From contig OZ038379.1 in NCBI GenBank assembly GCA_964036045.1, forward strand, positions 20,584,001 through 20,648,000: DNA of 64,000 nucleotides, written 5' to 3'. The stretch is from Eutreptiella sp. 'Long Island Sound 2002' (lineage: Eukaryota > Protista > Euglenida). Both the position numbers and the translations under genes were made by a program. Under the pieces are notes generated by a model. The model was not told the DNA's origin. It worked only from the letters and a program-made list of their open reading frames with translations, and did not search any database. Positions 21,579-34,850 of this stretch are shown one piece after another (position 1 is the first letter of the stretch; every line of letters begins with the position of its first letter).

Positions 21579-22729
21579 GTGGATGCACTCCTCCGCCCTT
21601 GAGCTGCCTGAGCTGCCCCCCACGGCCAACGTCCGCGACTGAGCCCCGAGCCCGTTTTTGCCTGCGCCCGCGCCGCCGCCTTTGCAGTGTGTCAGGGTGG
21701 GTTGGCGCTCTAAGGGGGGGCAAAGGGTCCCACAGCAGAACGTGGCGCATGGGAGATTTGTGGTGGTTGTCGGAAACTGTGGCACGCACCTGAAGCTGCA
21801 AAGACAGAGCCCTGTACCCCCCCCCCCCCCCCTCCTCGACGGGGAGGGTCGATCGTCGCCAGTATATACCATCGTACACGCGCTCTACTTAGAGGGGCAG
21901 CGGCAGCACGCCGGGCAGGCGCAGGGCGCCAATACATGATGGATACAGATTGTTGTTGAATTCAGCTATTTCGACTTATACAGCGTGCTTTGTAGGGAAG
22001 GTTTGTGGTCCACTCTGGTCGATGGGGGGGGGATCCTCTGGGGGAGGGTAAATCTGGGGTCAAAGCAATACATAGGGCGCCGGGCAAACGCCCCCCCCCC
22101 CCCCCCCCAGAGAGTGGTGCTGAGCATAGTCCAGCGGCAATTCACTGTCAGCACAAGCATTAGGCTGTGCATCAGCGGTGAGGGCGCAGTGCTCAGGCAG
22201 TCTTCGGTCCGTGTGGGGGTGGGGGGGTTTCGGGCTGCCCCGTACCCCATATGGCGACCGCCCCCGGTGGCAGGGCCCGCGGGCAGTGGAATGGGGCACA
22301 CCCTGCCCCAGGTGGGGCGGGGGGGGGGGGGATGGGAGGGGTAAAGGCTGGTTGGGTACTGTGTAGTACAGCCGGTGTCTACCGCCACGTCTTTTACGTG
22401 ACTTGTACGTCGGTCAAAGTCATTAGGCCAGCAGCAGGGGGTGGGTGACACCCACGGATACGACACGATGATAGTTTGGCCAAACTACCCCCTTTTTTCC
22501 ACATCCCCCAAAAAGTACTGTTAATGGGCCATTACACATTTTGCACACATTTCCCCCCTTTTTTTCCTTTCAGCATGCACAACACAGCACATCATAGCAC
22601 ATCACAGCACATCACAGCAATTACACTACACTGCAGTGCATTTCACTGCACACTAATCCATGCTTTGCTCCTCAACCCTTCGTGCACTGGGGGCACGTGT
22701 GATGCCAGCAATTCCTTGTCCTTGTCCTC

Positions 22730-25610
22730 AGGGGTGGACAGATGCTACGTGATCTGGACCGCCCCATCGGAATTCCCTGTCATCGCAACTGTCATGACTG
22801 TTGTGCATTTTTCCATGCCCAGACGGCACTCAGATGAATTGTTGCCCATCCAGGTTTGGGATTTCATTTGCAATGGCCTTATTTGCAACCTTTCCATTGC
22901 GGACCTTCAAAAGCAATACTACTGAAAAGCTTCAATGGAATGCGTTGTGGGGCAAAACATTGCAATTCCTGTCCAGTGATGTATGTTTTGTAGACCTTGA
23001 GTTGCAGCAAACGGAAGATGGGAGTACGGCATTGCCACAGCCAATGCCTTCATCCAAAGTACAAGTAGAATACATACATGTCCCCACATTGAAGCTGAAC
23101 CATATCCTGGTGTGGAACACACAGACCTACGTCCTCCGCCTGACGTGAAATTGGGTTTGTAGTAAAACTCCGTAAAAATTTTTTTTGAATTTTTTTTTCT
23201 TAGGTAACATTTTACTAGGTTGACTAGGTTTTACTAGGTATCGGGAACCTAGTAAAGAAAAAGTTTCCTTTATTACTAGGTTTCAGAACCTAGTAAAGAA
23301 AAAGTTTTTTTTCTTACTAGGTTTCAGAACCTAGTAAACCCCCCCCCCCCGTTTTACTAGGTTTCGGAACCTCCAAAAACAAAAGAACTAGGCTTTAGAA
23401 CTTTCGGGCCACTTGTTGGCCACTTTTGATCTTGTCCCCCGCTCTAAGGGGCTTTTTCCACTGGCCTGGTGAGGGCCCTTTTTGACCCCTTTTTGGGGAC
23501 CCCGGAGAATGCATGGTCCGTGGTGAAACTTAGTTTTATTGCGTGGCCCCTTCAGTTGGGGTTAGGGACTCGCAATCCACGCTTTGTTGCATGGCCCCTC
23601 TAGGGACTCTCAATCCACGCCGGGGGGGGGGGGGGGGGGTGGAAAAAAATGCGCGCATGGAAAAAATTGCGCACCCCCCCACCCTCCCGGGGCTGCCTGC
23701 GCAAAAAAAGGTGTCGCGCCATAATTGTAGCATTTGGAAAATTTTTTACCTAGGGCCAATTCTTGGTGCAGAAATGGAATTCTTTGCACCAAAATTCCCT
23801 TTGCACATGGCATGTACTGGATTGTTTGAACCCATTGATCATTTCAAATTTGTGCTTTTGGTACAGGTTATTTGTGAAGGTGCTTTTTTTTTTTTTTGCT
23901 TCTAGGGACCAATGTTGGTACGAGGATTGAATTCTCTGCATCAAATTAGTGAATGTGTTTACATTTCCCTTTGGCACATGGCATATAAACAAATTGTTTC
24001 AACCTATTGATGCATCAATTTCGATATGGCGCTTCGTCATTTGGATTAGAGGAGAGGTCAACTGTCAGTGTGTTTTTGCTTTGCATGCCAGACATGTCAT
24101 CCTCTTCTCTTTCTTCTCCGCTGAACATTGCATGGGCAAACCACACTATGGGCGGGTGGAATTATATTTGTCGGGAGCGGCTATCGGTTTCGGCCGGTCC
24201 GGACATACAGCAATTTGTTGCTCATCGTCAGGGTCGGAAACACCGGGCACATACAGCCCCCCTGCTGAAGCCCAAACGCCAATTGGCTAGTTACACAGCT
24301 TTTCTCTGCGGTAGTAGTACAAGCGGTAGTAGTACAAGTACTCGTACCACCGACAGTAGCGGCAACAGGAGCAGCAGCAACAGCAGCAACAACGGCAACA
24401 GCAAGAAACCAGCCAAAAATAAGGCAGCAACTAAGAAGAACGCTAGAAGCAGCAGCAGTAGTAGCAAGAAGCCAGCGAAAAAGAAACTAGCCGCCGGCAA
24501 GGGTGGTGGGAAGGCCAAGAAGCAGTAGGTAGCGGCATAGCAACAAGCACACCAACTCGAAACGCGAAACGACCCGAAACGCGAAACGTCGCAACAGGCG
24601 AACCGAAATGACTACATCACAGAATTGGGTACCCTGTGACGTAGTGGGTCAGGCAAGTTGTTGCCTGAACCACGGGGTATGGGGAAAGAAGTAGTATTGG
24701 GGCTCTGCTACTTCTAAGCGAGGGAGTAACGCCCCTCCTCCTCAACCACAGTTGAAGGGTGAGACTTCCCTACCACGCTTTGCCCGTTGAGCCGGGGCCG
24801 TAGTCTTCACATTGATGGAGCAATGGTGTCAAAAGATCAACGTGCACTATTTTTGCCCTGTTTGGTAAAATTTTTGGTCATACGTGTAAGGAAAAAATTT
24901 GCGTACCCCCCCTCCCCCACTCTCCGGGGGTTGGCTGCGCAGAAAAAACTGTATGCCGTTCCCAGGAATTTTTTCCACCCCCCCCCCCCCCCCGATCCAC
25001 GCTTTGTTACGTGGCCCATTGAGCTAGGGTTAGGGAGATATGTGTGGCATTGCACAACTGGAGAGTGCAATTTACTGCCACACTGGCATTCGGATTCAAG
25101 TCCAAATTTGTGACTACCTAGTAACCTAGTAAGAAATTTTACCGAGTAAAAAAAACTTTTTTAAACAATTTTTTCAAAAAAAATTTTATTCGGTTTAACT
25201 ACATTTTACTAGGTTTTACTACGGCGCATACTGGGTTTTACCAAATGCCCTGTGAAATCCTGCTTGTTTTGCGATTCCTCCATATCAGTGAAGAAGATGC
25301 TGGACCATGTGGCAGAATATATAAAGAATGGGCACCAAATACCTTCTGTGGCTCACCAAGGAGAGCATGAGGCATGTGGACTCTGTGGGTCCACTACGGG
25401 GTAGTGCGAAACCAGAATTCTGGCCAAGTCTATCAATAGTACATGCAAGTTCAGCACACCAATGCAGTACAAAGCGGCGTTGAAAAAGCACCGCAATGTG
25501 CCGCGGCCTTGGCCCATGCCTTGATGCAAAAAGAGCCCCTTCACTTTGAATGTGAGGCACCATTTCGAGCAAAACCACCCTTCTGCCGACATTGGTTCAT
25601 ATGATCTCGG
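22730..25610 (+). pseudogene. Decayed ORF with a Cys/His-rich putative zinc-binding domain, split by the 23152-25251 insertion
   Basis: Removing the insertion and one GTGAAAT copy gives a single frame: ...PPPDVKSCLFC...MLDHVAEYI...ACGLCG...C...INSTC...YKAA...NVP...C...N.RHHFEQNHP. Five in-frame stops. Confidence 0.6.
23152..25251. mobile_element. 2.1-kb non-autonomous TIR element, probably hAT-like, inside the ABC1 intron
   Basis: GTGAAAT is duplicated at 23145-23151 and 25252-25258. Ends TGGGTTTGTAGTAAAAC / GTTTTACCAAATGCCCT. Clusters of ACTAGG/CCTAGT subterminal repeats at both ends. Excision restores the host frame. Confidence 0.7.
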
Positions 25611-27259
25611 CGAAACGGGTGTGCTTTGCCACTACAGATCCAAAGTAGCGACGCATGAAAGGAATGGCCCCACGACTCACTGTCAAAAAGGCGGCACTGT
25701 TGACTGCTGTAGCCGCTGCTTCTGACACGAGTACTTCTGATGGAGGTGGTGACATGTATGGTGCAGTGCAACGCCATGATTAGTGCAACACCATGATTGT
25801 ACCGATTCTGATTGCCACCTGCAAGCGCAAGATGAAGCCACGTCCGAGGAAGAGGACAACTATGAGCAGGTGTCTATGGACATTAGTGGTGAGGAATCCA
25901 GCAACACCACAACAAGTAGCTCGTCAAACAGCTCCTCCAGTAGTACATCCTCATCAGGAACACCCAGCTCATCATCCTCGGAGGAAGCAGACCGTTTTCT
26001 CTATTGATGGTCCTGGCAGAACGTGTTCTTGATTGATTGATGTTACGGAATGGAAGCATGGATTGAAATACCGAACCGTCAACACTTTCTGAAATTTGCG
26101 ACATGCACATGTGCCATGCTCTGTGCGTGGGCTCGGCCATTGGGTCCCCCACAAATTCTGCTCAACGTGTCTCCCAAGTTGCCCCCATTGGTTTGCGAAT
26201 TCTATCGAATTTGGGTGGTTTGCACAAGTCCTGGAGGTGCAAAATGGGAAAGAAGAAAAACTGTCCATTGTTTCAGGACCCCATTTCAAGAAATGGCAGC
26301 ACACCAAAGACTACCCCCTTTTTTCCACAGTGCTGTGCATAGCTCATGGTCTCCCATTTTTGAGGGTTGCCCCCCCCCCCCCCGGCCAGCAGGGGGGCGG
26401 GGGGTGCCATAAAGGCTAAGCACATGTGCCAGTTGGTACCTCCTGGTTTGAGTAGTGGTTTTGCAGGAATAAATTGTTTACATTGCTTGTCCCAAGCCAC
26501 GGGGGGAGAGTATTTTTGGAAGGTGAAAGTGGGCCTGTTGTCCCTCTGCTTACAAATGTTGCCTCTGCCAATTGGCATCCCCGTGACCGTGTAGTTTGGA
26601 GGTTGCTCACCACTGCCCATGAGGGAAATGTAACACAGGGCCAGGAGCTGGGGCAGGAATGCAGTTTCATGGGTGAAATATTCGTCCCACTGCTCAACAC
26701 TGCAGCGCTCTGCTCCTGTGCCATCCACTCCCCGATCCGCGCTGACAGGCTTCACATTCGGACATTCCCAGACCGTGAAGTCGGGAGGGCGCAGCGTTCA
26801 CCACAAATGATGCCAGGGAGTTCTGCATCACCAAGGTGGGGGGGTCCACCAAAGGCTGAAAGAGGATGCCGGTTGGTACTTCCGGGTGTACGCAGGTGTT
26901 CGCCTTTTGAGGAGGATGTCCTCCGGGCGTGGATGGGTGGTTGGGTGCCCACCCGTTGGGTTGGGGGTGGAGGGGGCGGGGTTAAAAAAATGCGGGAGGT
27001 AGGGAGCCTGCTGGGCCCCAACAGCCGGGGAAACCAGTTTTACCAGGTGAGAGTGGGACAGTTGTCCTGCTACTCGCAAGTGCTGCTTCTGTTCTGTTCT
27101 GGGGGGGGTGCGTATTGAGGAGGACACGTGGCTCCATGTCGCTCATGCTTCCCCCCTCTTTGCCAAGGCACAGTAGGTGTCCGGACCATAGTGATTTGCC
27201 CCTGAGGCGTCTCCTGTGCTGCACAACATGTACCACAGATCACCCGTCCCCTTGCACAG

Positions 27260-27703
27260 GTCGATGCGGCGGTGACCAACACGGAGGCCCTGGAGTTCCA
27301 GCTGGCGGCCAAGCAGCGGATCAAGGAGATGCTGTCGCAGCAGGAGCTCGTGCCACGGGAACTGATCTTCGTCGGCCGCGCTATGAACTTGATCCGATTC
27401 AATAACAAGATCACGGGTGCCCCGGTGAACCGGATTCGGGTGTTTGCGCTCGCTGCCGCTCGCGGGGCTCACACGCACCAGCGCTTCGTCGCGCGCCTTT
27501 GGTTCCGGTTGCAGCTGCTGATGGTCACGTGGTCCTACCGGCTGCTGGGGGCGTGGCACCGGACGCGAACGTTGCTGACTGGCAACATGGCCAACGCTGA
27601 GGATACGCTGGAGGAGCAGGAAAAACGCATGATTCGCCAGCAGCTGCACCTGCGGGATGAGCAGAAGCTGGGTTTTGCTTTCAAGGCGGAGCAACTGGGC
27701 TGA
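27260..27703 (+). CDS. ABC1/ADCK1-like kinase, terminal exon
   Basis: Phase-0 CAG acceptor (..TTGCACAG at 27259). PRELIFVGRAMNLIRFNNKITGAPVNR matches the ADCK1/5-type C-terminal lobe. TGA stop ends at 27703. Confidence 0.8.
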   Translation, partial: VDAAVTNTEALEFQLAAKQRIKEMLSQQELVPRELIFVGRAMNLIRFNNKITGAPVNRIRVFALAAARGAHTHQRFVARLWFRLQLLMVTWSYRLLGAWHRTRTLLTGNMANAEDTLEEQEKRMIRQQLHLRDEQKLGFAFKAEQLG

Positions 27704-30700
27704 GTCCTGCGTGCACCCTTTTGGCTTCCGTGATTGCTTCCTTTGTGCCTGCACTTTGCTGAACTGTCGGTTGTCATGGTCCCCTGAAAGGTGCACCGGT
27801 GCTGCAGCCGTCAGCAGCTTCAAGGCACGAACTGTAAATATAATCTTTGTCGTATGGAAAGGGATGATGGGAGACAAGGTGCAGGGTGCACACGCGACAC
27901 TATTGACCCACACCAAGTTGCGTTGCAGTCAGCATGTTTGCCTTACTTTGCAGACATCGCATTTTCTTTTTCTCGACTTCAAATGAGCAACACCTCCATT
28001 TTGGATATCACTGTGGCAGACTCATGGTGATGACGATCGAATTGCCCTGTGCATCAGGCGCGCACCGAGCATCTCCCCCCATTGTGTTCGGTGCACAGCG
28101 TGTTTGAGTGCACTGCGTTTTGAGTGCACTGCGTTTTCAATGCGCTGTGTTTTTGAAAGCGCCGTGTGTGTGCACTTGTTTGAAACGCGGATAAGCAGGG
28201 GTGTGTTGGACCAGGGTTGCACAGACCAAAGCGATGTTTGTCGTGGGATGGCATAACGGTTGCTAGGTCTTTTGTGTGACCTGCTTGTTGATCAAGGCCA
28301 TTTGAGTGTGTGTTTCGGGGGAGGGGAGGGGGGTCGGGAGAAATGCCGTTTTGTGTTGCAATCCCGAGGCCCCTTTTTTGGACAAAAAAAGTGCTATCCT
28401 GTGGACACCAGTTGTCAAATTCAAAAATGTTGTTAGCAAAGCTGTGCTCAAGGCAACCAATTCGCATTGTGTAATTTTGCAATTGGATTTGCAAACGTTG
28501 CCCCCTCTAAATAGTCGTTTTTCTGTTGTTTTGGGTGGTTTCAGGCCCAGCCTGTGACATTCAGCCTGTGACTGGCCAAGAGGTGGGCACCAGCTTTGAA
28601 ATCCTGTCGGACGACCTGCGTCCATCTGGGATCGATGCACTGGATTTTTTGCTGCTGCTCGATCTGTGCCCTTTAAGCTGAGCACCACGATGCGCTTCAT
28701 GTGCATCAGTCCTGTCCTTTCAGCAGCCATTCCCAATTTCCTCCTTTCCAGATTTATGCAGTTCAACCTCGAAGTTGACTGCGGATTGGGGGGTCGGGGC
28801 CACCCAAGGGGGATAGTGCCGACCCCTTGGGCAGGCCTCCATGGCTGGCAAAACGTTGGCGAGCAATTGGCGAGTGGCGGTGTTTTGGCATTTGCGAGTA
28901 AATGGCCTGGTGTTCTCTTTGGCGAGAAATGGTGGACAAGCCAGGGCAAAAGCAGCAGAAGCCGGGGAAACCAGGAAAAGCTAGGAAAAACACTGGTAAC
29001 ATTTAAAAGCAAATGGGGATCCGTTGGCAACAACTCAGGGGAACATTGGGAAAGTGGAAAATTGGGGCTACACAGGTGGTTTATGTCCAGTTTAGGTCCA
29101 GGAACAGTGTCCCCCTGTGCCCCCCCCCTGCTCTTGCATCTATCCTCCCTTTTCTTTGTTGCTCCCCCAGTTGTCGCGCCGTTGCTGTACAGTCCAATGG
29201 TGGTTGACAGCATCTTCTTTGTCCAAGGCGAAGAAGTTGGGCCACAGTAGCAGCAGCAAGGAAATTAGAAAGCAAGTTGTAGCGGAGCTACAAGCAAATC
29301 AATTTGTCAGATTGACACCATTTGGGAGGGTTGAGCTTTCCCAGGAATGGTATCATTCCCACAGTCCGACCACCATAGAAGAGTTTGTACATTCTATTCC
29401 ATCGGCCTCCCCCTCTTCAGTCGATTTTTTGCCTCTTCCATTGTCCTCAATGTTCCATCGTCTTCTGTCGCCTTCCCCAATCTTCTAAAACCCATGAATG
29501 GCAGGGCTCATCTCTCATCTCCTACAGGGGTCCTAATTTTTTTTCCTGGCCTCGGACTTGGAGTGGAGGGTCCCTTTGCCACATGCTCAACTTCCTGGGG
29601 CGACCGCTTCCCCACTTTCCACCCATTTCCTCCCATCAGGTTGGTCAAATCCCAATAACTATTTGTGCGATGCCTTTTCCTGGATTTTCCCTGGTCTTCC
29701 CTGGTCTGTCCCCAGCTTTTCCTGGTTTTGCCCTGGCTTTCCCTGGTTTCGCCTCTGTTTTTGCCTGGTTTTTCCTTTCTAGCTTGTCTGGTTTTGCCTT
29801 GGCGAGCCACGTTGTTTTGGCACTGGCAACCTTGGAGTGTGGGTGGGTGGGTTGGTGGGTCGTCACGTCAGCTCGGGCCCCAAAACGATATGGGACGTGT
29901 AGGGGCGTGGAAAGGCTGCAGAGCATGGTTTTGTACAAGTGCTGGGCGAGCATCCTCAGGTGACCGCACCCCTCCTGTACCAAACAAGTCGTGAGTGCAT
30001 ACAACTGCGTGGGACCTCAATTGACTGGTGAACTGTTTCATCGGAGTCTGCTGCACTGGAGTGCCTCCTGTCAAAAGGTACTTGCACCGAACCGTAGTGG
30101 GAGGGGCCTGCAACAGTCTTGTTGGGCAGAAGGGCACGTTAGCCTCGGTCACCACACATGTCCAAACGCGTGCACTGGGGGGACCCCCAGCAGAAGGGGA
30201 GGGGAAGTCCCAATCGACGGGTGTACAGAGGGATTTGAATGGCATGGCAAATACTGGAAATCCTTGCAACCCAAGGAGAGAGGCAAGGGGCACACCCATC
30301 GGCCTCATCCTCCATAGTGTCTACTTTCGCACCCATCTGAGCAACTTGGGTACGTACAGAGGTCCATATCCCCAACTGGAAAGGGGCCAGTCCATATCCC
30401 CAACCGGAAAGGGGCTATGCAAAAGGCGTGGATTAGGGCTCCATATCAAAAAATGGCCCAAAAAGATGCCTGACACCCGCCCCGCACGCTGATGCCCCCC
30501 CTATACTGCTTGGAATACCCTCATAAGGAGAAGGAGAAGGAGCCTCCGCCATCCCTGACATCATCTCAGCATGGCATAAAAGATATAATATGTAATAATA
30601 AGCATAAGTGCTGGTGTTCTGGTGTCGCCGTTCCAGCCGCTAGATATGTCTGGAACGTCGTGCAGTTGATTGGTGCTGGTGCTAGACTTTCTGGGTCAGG

Positions 30701-32355
30701 CTGCAGCAGTTGCTATCATTTCTTTCAGGAACAAAGAGCAAGTGAGAGTTGCAGCAAAAAGTGTGTGGGGGGGGGGGCTATTCTTTCGTGGGAAATAAAC
30801 GGGTAACGCAATTATGTTTTAATGCCTTTTGTAGGAGGAAGATGTGTTTCTTACCAACTCCCATTCCCCTTTTTGACACACGAGACCAAAGAAACGCCAA
30901 TGATAAGCGCTGTATTGCTGCATCCAGGTCTTATTCCGGACCTTGTGCTCAACATGGTAAGCATTTCCCACCGCCATAGTCCATTGGCCTATGTAGTTTA
31001 CACCAACGCATGTCTGGGATCTGGGACGCACCACAACTGTAGGGTCAGCAAAAAAACATACATCATGCATGAGCTTGGTCATCCTGGCAGAAACAAACCT
31101 GGACAGCATGGTTTGGTAGAGCAACCACAACATCCCGACTGGGACGTCACCCCGGTCCCCAGTCAGAACAAGTGAACATGGCAACCTCAGAAGCCAGAGG
31201 ACTTCGGGCTCAGATCATCATATGCGTCATAGCTTTTGACCCCCCCAAAAACTTGGCCCTTCGTCGGATGTGTACCCCACCCAAAATCGACACTTCGACT
31301 CCTTGTGTTGTCAGAAGCACTCCGCAATCACAGCTTGTGGTGAGTGCCAGGAGCATTATTGTGATGAATGTACGATGCCCACACTTGTGGGGAACAATTT
31401 TTTGTCAGCCAATACATGAGTAATACACATAGATGTTGAAATTCTCCAATTTGCCTTATGCAGGTGCTTTGTAGGGAAGGGTTGCGGTCCACTCTGGTCG
31501 ACTCGGGGGGCTCCGGGGTTAAAATCGGGATAGTTAATACAACAGTAGCGCGCTGGGCGCGCGCTGGGCAAACACCTCCCCATAGCATCCACTGTGAAAA
31601 GCCATGCATTTCTCAGTTAACCCCAATGTGTTAGTCAACCATGGGGACCATATTGGCAGCTGCTGCGAGATTGAAATAGGATTGGGGCTCTAGGGTTAGA
31701 GCTGAGCAGATGTCCCGGCCATGGGTGGCGTGGCCGTGCCCCCTCAAAGCTGGACAGGGACCTTGGAAGAGGGTCTCTACCTACAGTGTCGGTGTGTGCA
31801 TGTGTGTCTGGAGTGCTTGCTGCGCCAGGGATCTGACCAACACAGCGCACGTGTGTGCATCGCGCACATGCACGTACATGTGGACATTCACTGGAGAAAA
31901 ATAATTCAATGGTATCCACCTGCAGACTGTGCCGTACGGGATCTTGACGCTCTTGGCAGCAAAAAGTGTGGCGTTTGTGTCTGGCAACCTCGGAGGTCGT
32001 TCACCAGGTAATGTACGGTCGGCATTCACGCAGGAGAAATTGCTGGCGCCACAACTTGTGTTTCCATGGATGCGGCTGCAGACTCCGAAAGTCGAGGAGG
32101 AGGTTCACATCGGTACCCATGGGTGTGGATGGGGACTTCAACCTCAGAGCTCAGGGAGTTGGTCCATAAAGCGGGGCCTTGATGCCTGCGGGCACACAGG
32201 CCTGACTCAATCCAGTCGTTGATACCTGAATATGGCCAAAGCGATGCCTGTTCCAGTGGACAACATTCGACATCAGGCGGTCCTTTGGGCCTTCTGGACT
32301 GGTCAGACGGGAATGTGCTCAATACCCGGCCACCGTCCCTCGACTTAGATCACAA

Positions 32356-32514
32356 ATGTCTGTGGTACAGTTGATGCAGAAAGTGCCACTTCTGATGCAC
32401 ATTACGCCGGACGATGTTTGTACACGCTCCTCTGAGGATTTGGATGCCTACATCCAGTTGCTGGACGCAGCAGTGGACGCTGGGGTCGATGTCATACAGC
32501 TTCGCGACAAGGAG
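32356..32514 (+). CDS. thiE: ThiE/TenI-family (thiamine-phosphate synthase fold) protein, exon 1 of 5
   Basis: GVDVIQLRDKE motif. ATG lies 7 nt after a TAG acceptor-like site. GT donor at 32515, phase 0. Full join is 804 nt (267 aa). Confidence 0.85.
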
Positions 32515-33133
32515 GTGTGTGTGCAGCGCCACAGCGACAGGGAGCAGGTCCCCCGCGTGCATTAAGAGCGAGTTGCTTCCATGGTCAGTTAACCCCCTGA
32601 CGCAACAGTGATCTGGATCCCATGGTTAGAGGGAAACTTGCTGCGCAAAGCGTGCGGGCCTCACCTGGGGCATCTTTGCGGCATTTTTGTATCCCATGGC
32701 ATGTTGCCATGTTGCTGTGTTGATGGAAGGGAACAACAATCTGCTGCCTTTTATTTCACAGTTGGTGTATCTTGTATTGCAGACCGCTCATGTTTTGTCC
32801 AAACACAGCTCGAGGCTATGGATATATGCGCGTTGTTGAATTGAAGTCTCACCATGTTTTGCCTACCATCCGGGATGGTATGCATGTATTCATGTGGGGG
32901 TAGTTTATATGGTTAAAAGCCCCGCGCGCAGGGCGTGCAGGGTGCGCGTGGGGCAAAGAATGCCTCTTATACTCCTCAATATGACGGATCCCAGGTTTGC
33001 TTGGTCGGGCCATGTACAGGGCTGGTGGCAGTCAGGTTGGGTGTCCGAACTCCGGGAGGTGCAGACCGAGTACTCTGTTGGGCCAGCCCATCCTCATGCC
33101 CTCGTTTGTGTCCGTGTGCCCCCGGTTGTGCAG

Positions 33134-33223
33134 GCAAGTGCATCGGCTCGATCGCAAGTTGCCGCACGTCTGCACACAATGCTTGGGAGCAAAGTGCCGG
33201 TGCTGATCAACGGAGACGTACAG
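33134..33223 (+). CDS. thiE: ThiE/TenI-family protein, exon 2
   Basis: CAG acceptor and GT donor, phase 0/0. Encodes VPVLINGDVQ, matching the LIINDRVD/LVMNGRVD position. Confidence 0.8.
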
Positions 33224-33999
33224 GTGCCCGGTGCCCCATGTCTAGCAGATCCAAAAACAGTGGGCTTGAGGGGCTCGTGGAGCGAATGAGGTGGGGGGAT
33301 CGGGTGCCATTTAATGCACCTCTTCAGCCTGTGACGGCCTAGCCCGGGGGAGGTGGGAAAAAGGTGTACGGGCGTGCTGGGGGTGGGTGGGGGGGGGGGG
33401 GGTTCGAGCCCCTTACCCCGGGAGGGGGGGGGGAAGGGGCTCCCGTGACCGAGCCCTTATAAAGTTTAAATCTGAGCACCAGTGGTGGCCCAAATGAAAA
33501 AGATTTGAAAAACCAATTCCCGCATGATATATACCTCAAAATGAGCAGCATGTCATGGCAATCATTTTGAGGTATATATGTTGGGGTACCCCGGATCACC
33601 CCACCCCCTGCCCCCCTCCACAGCTCCCGTCAGGGGAGCCATCCCCCCCCCCCCCCCCGGGCTGCAACAAAACTGGGCCTGCACCCCCCCCCCCTCCCTC
33701 CACTCAAACCTTTTTCCGCCACACCTGGTGAGAGGGCACGGTGGGAGGTGCAATGGGCATGCACACACCCACACACGTAGCAACGGCACAAGTAGCAGTG
33801 GCGGGAATGAAGGTGGGCCAATGGCAGACATGCTGTGATGGTACACACAAATAGAAGCGAAAGGGGTCGGTACACACACACACACACACACGTGGGTGAC
33901 GGGGCACCAACACTCATGAACTCATGGTTCCGTTGCACAGCAGTAGGACATAGTTGTTGAACCTTGCAGTTTGAGCATGTGTCAATCGATTTGGGCGTC

Positions 34000-34850
34000 T
34001 CACACAAAGCGTGTGATGAGATCCAGCGTCATGGGCTGCCACCCGAATGGGTCACTGCCCTGGTGCGCACATTGGCCAAGGAGCTGGGGTCAGTGGCGGT
34101 TGAAACGTGGCGTCCTATAGCCCTCTAGCAGAACCGCCTCAAATGGCTGACCGGTATCCTCCCGTTGCAAAGGCCGTACTATGTATGATCATATTGCGTC
34201 AGTTCAGCAGCGTTGGGACATGGGTCCAGGCGAGGCCTGGGCGTGGTGGGTGGCGGCCGATTATAGCAAGGCTCAAGACTCGTTGAGCCATCCCATGATA
34301 GCAACACTCTTTCGATTCATTCGCATCCTGGACCCGTGGATCCGGGTGTTGTGTCAAATATTGTGGGGTCGAGTCCTCTTTTCGGGGGGTGAATCGGTCC
34401 GAGAGGAGGAACTCCTCCCCTCTTCTGGAATTCGTTGCGGAGACCCACTGTCTCCAATAGTTATGTCGTTGTTGACCTCTCTAGTGGTCTTTGTGTTGCG
34501 CCGGCATGGCCCAGAGACCTGGCTTTATTCCGATGATGCCCTCCTCCGATTGTCTTGTTTTTCTGAGGGATACATGTGTACGGGCACAATAGGATGGTGT
34601 ATAATGAAGAGGCGGACGCCTTGGCAAAGGCATGGGCGGCGATGTCCAAGGTGCATAGGCTGAGACGTGTCAGGGATAGGCCAATCCACAGGCCACCGGA
34701 CGAAAACAAACTAGCGGTCGAGAGGCAGGCAGCAGTGCAGTTGCCGGACGACAGCACAGGCAGCGACAGGCCAACACACATGCGGCACAAGCGGAGAGAG
34801 ATGCGCAATGCGCCCTTTGATATACCGGACCTTGAGCCGGATTAAGTGCC
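34000..34850 (+). pseudogene. Degenerate second LINE family: RT fragment plus RNase H C-terminus, in ThiE intron 2
   Basis: TWRPIAL*, DYSKAQDSLSH, GIRCGDPLSP and YSDD, then YGHNRMVYNEEADALAK in another frame. Stops, frameshifts and a large internal deletion. Confidence 0.8.
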
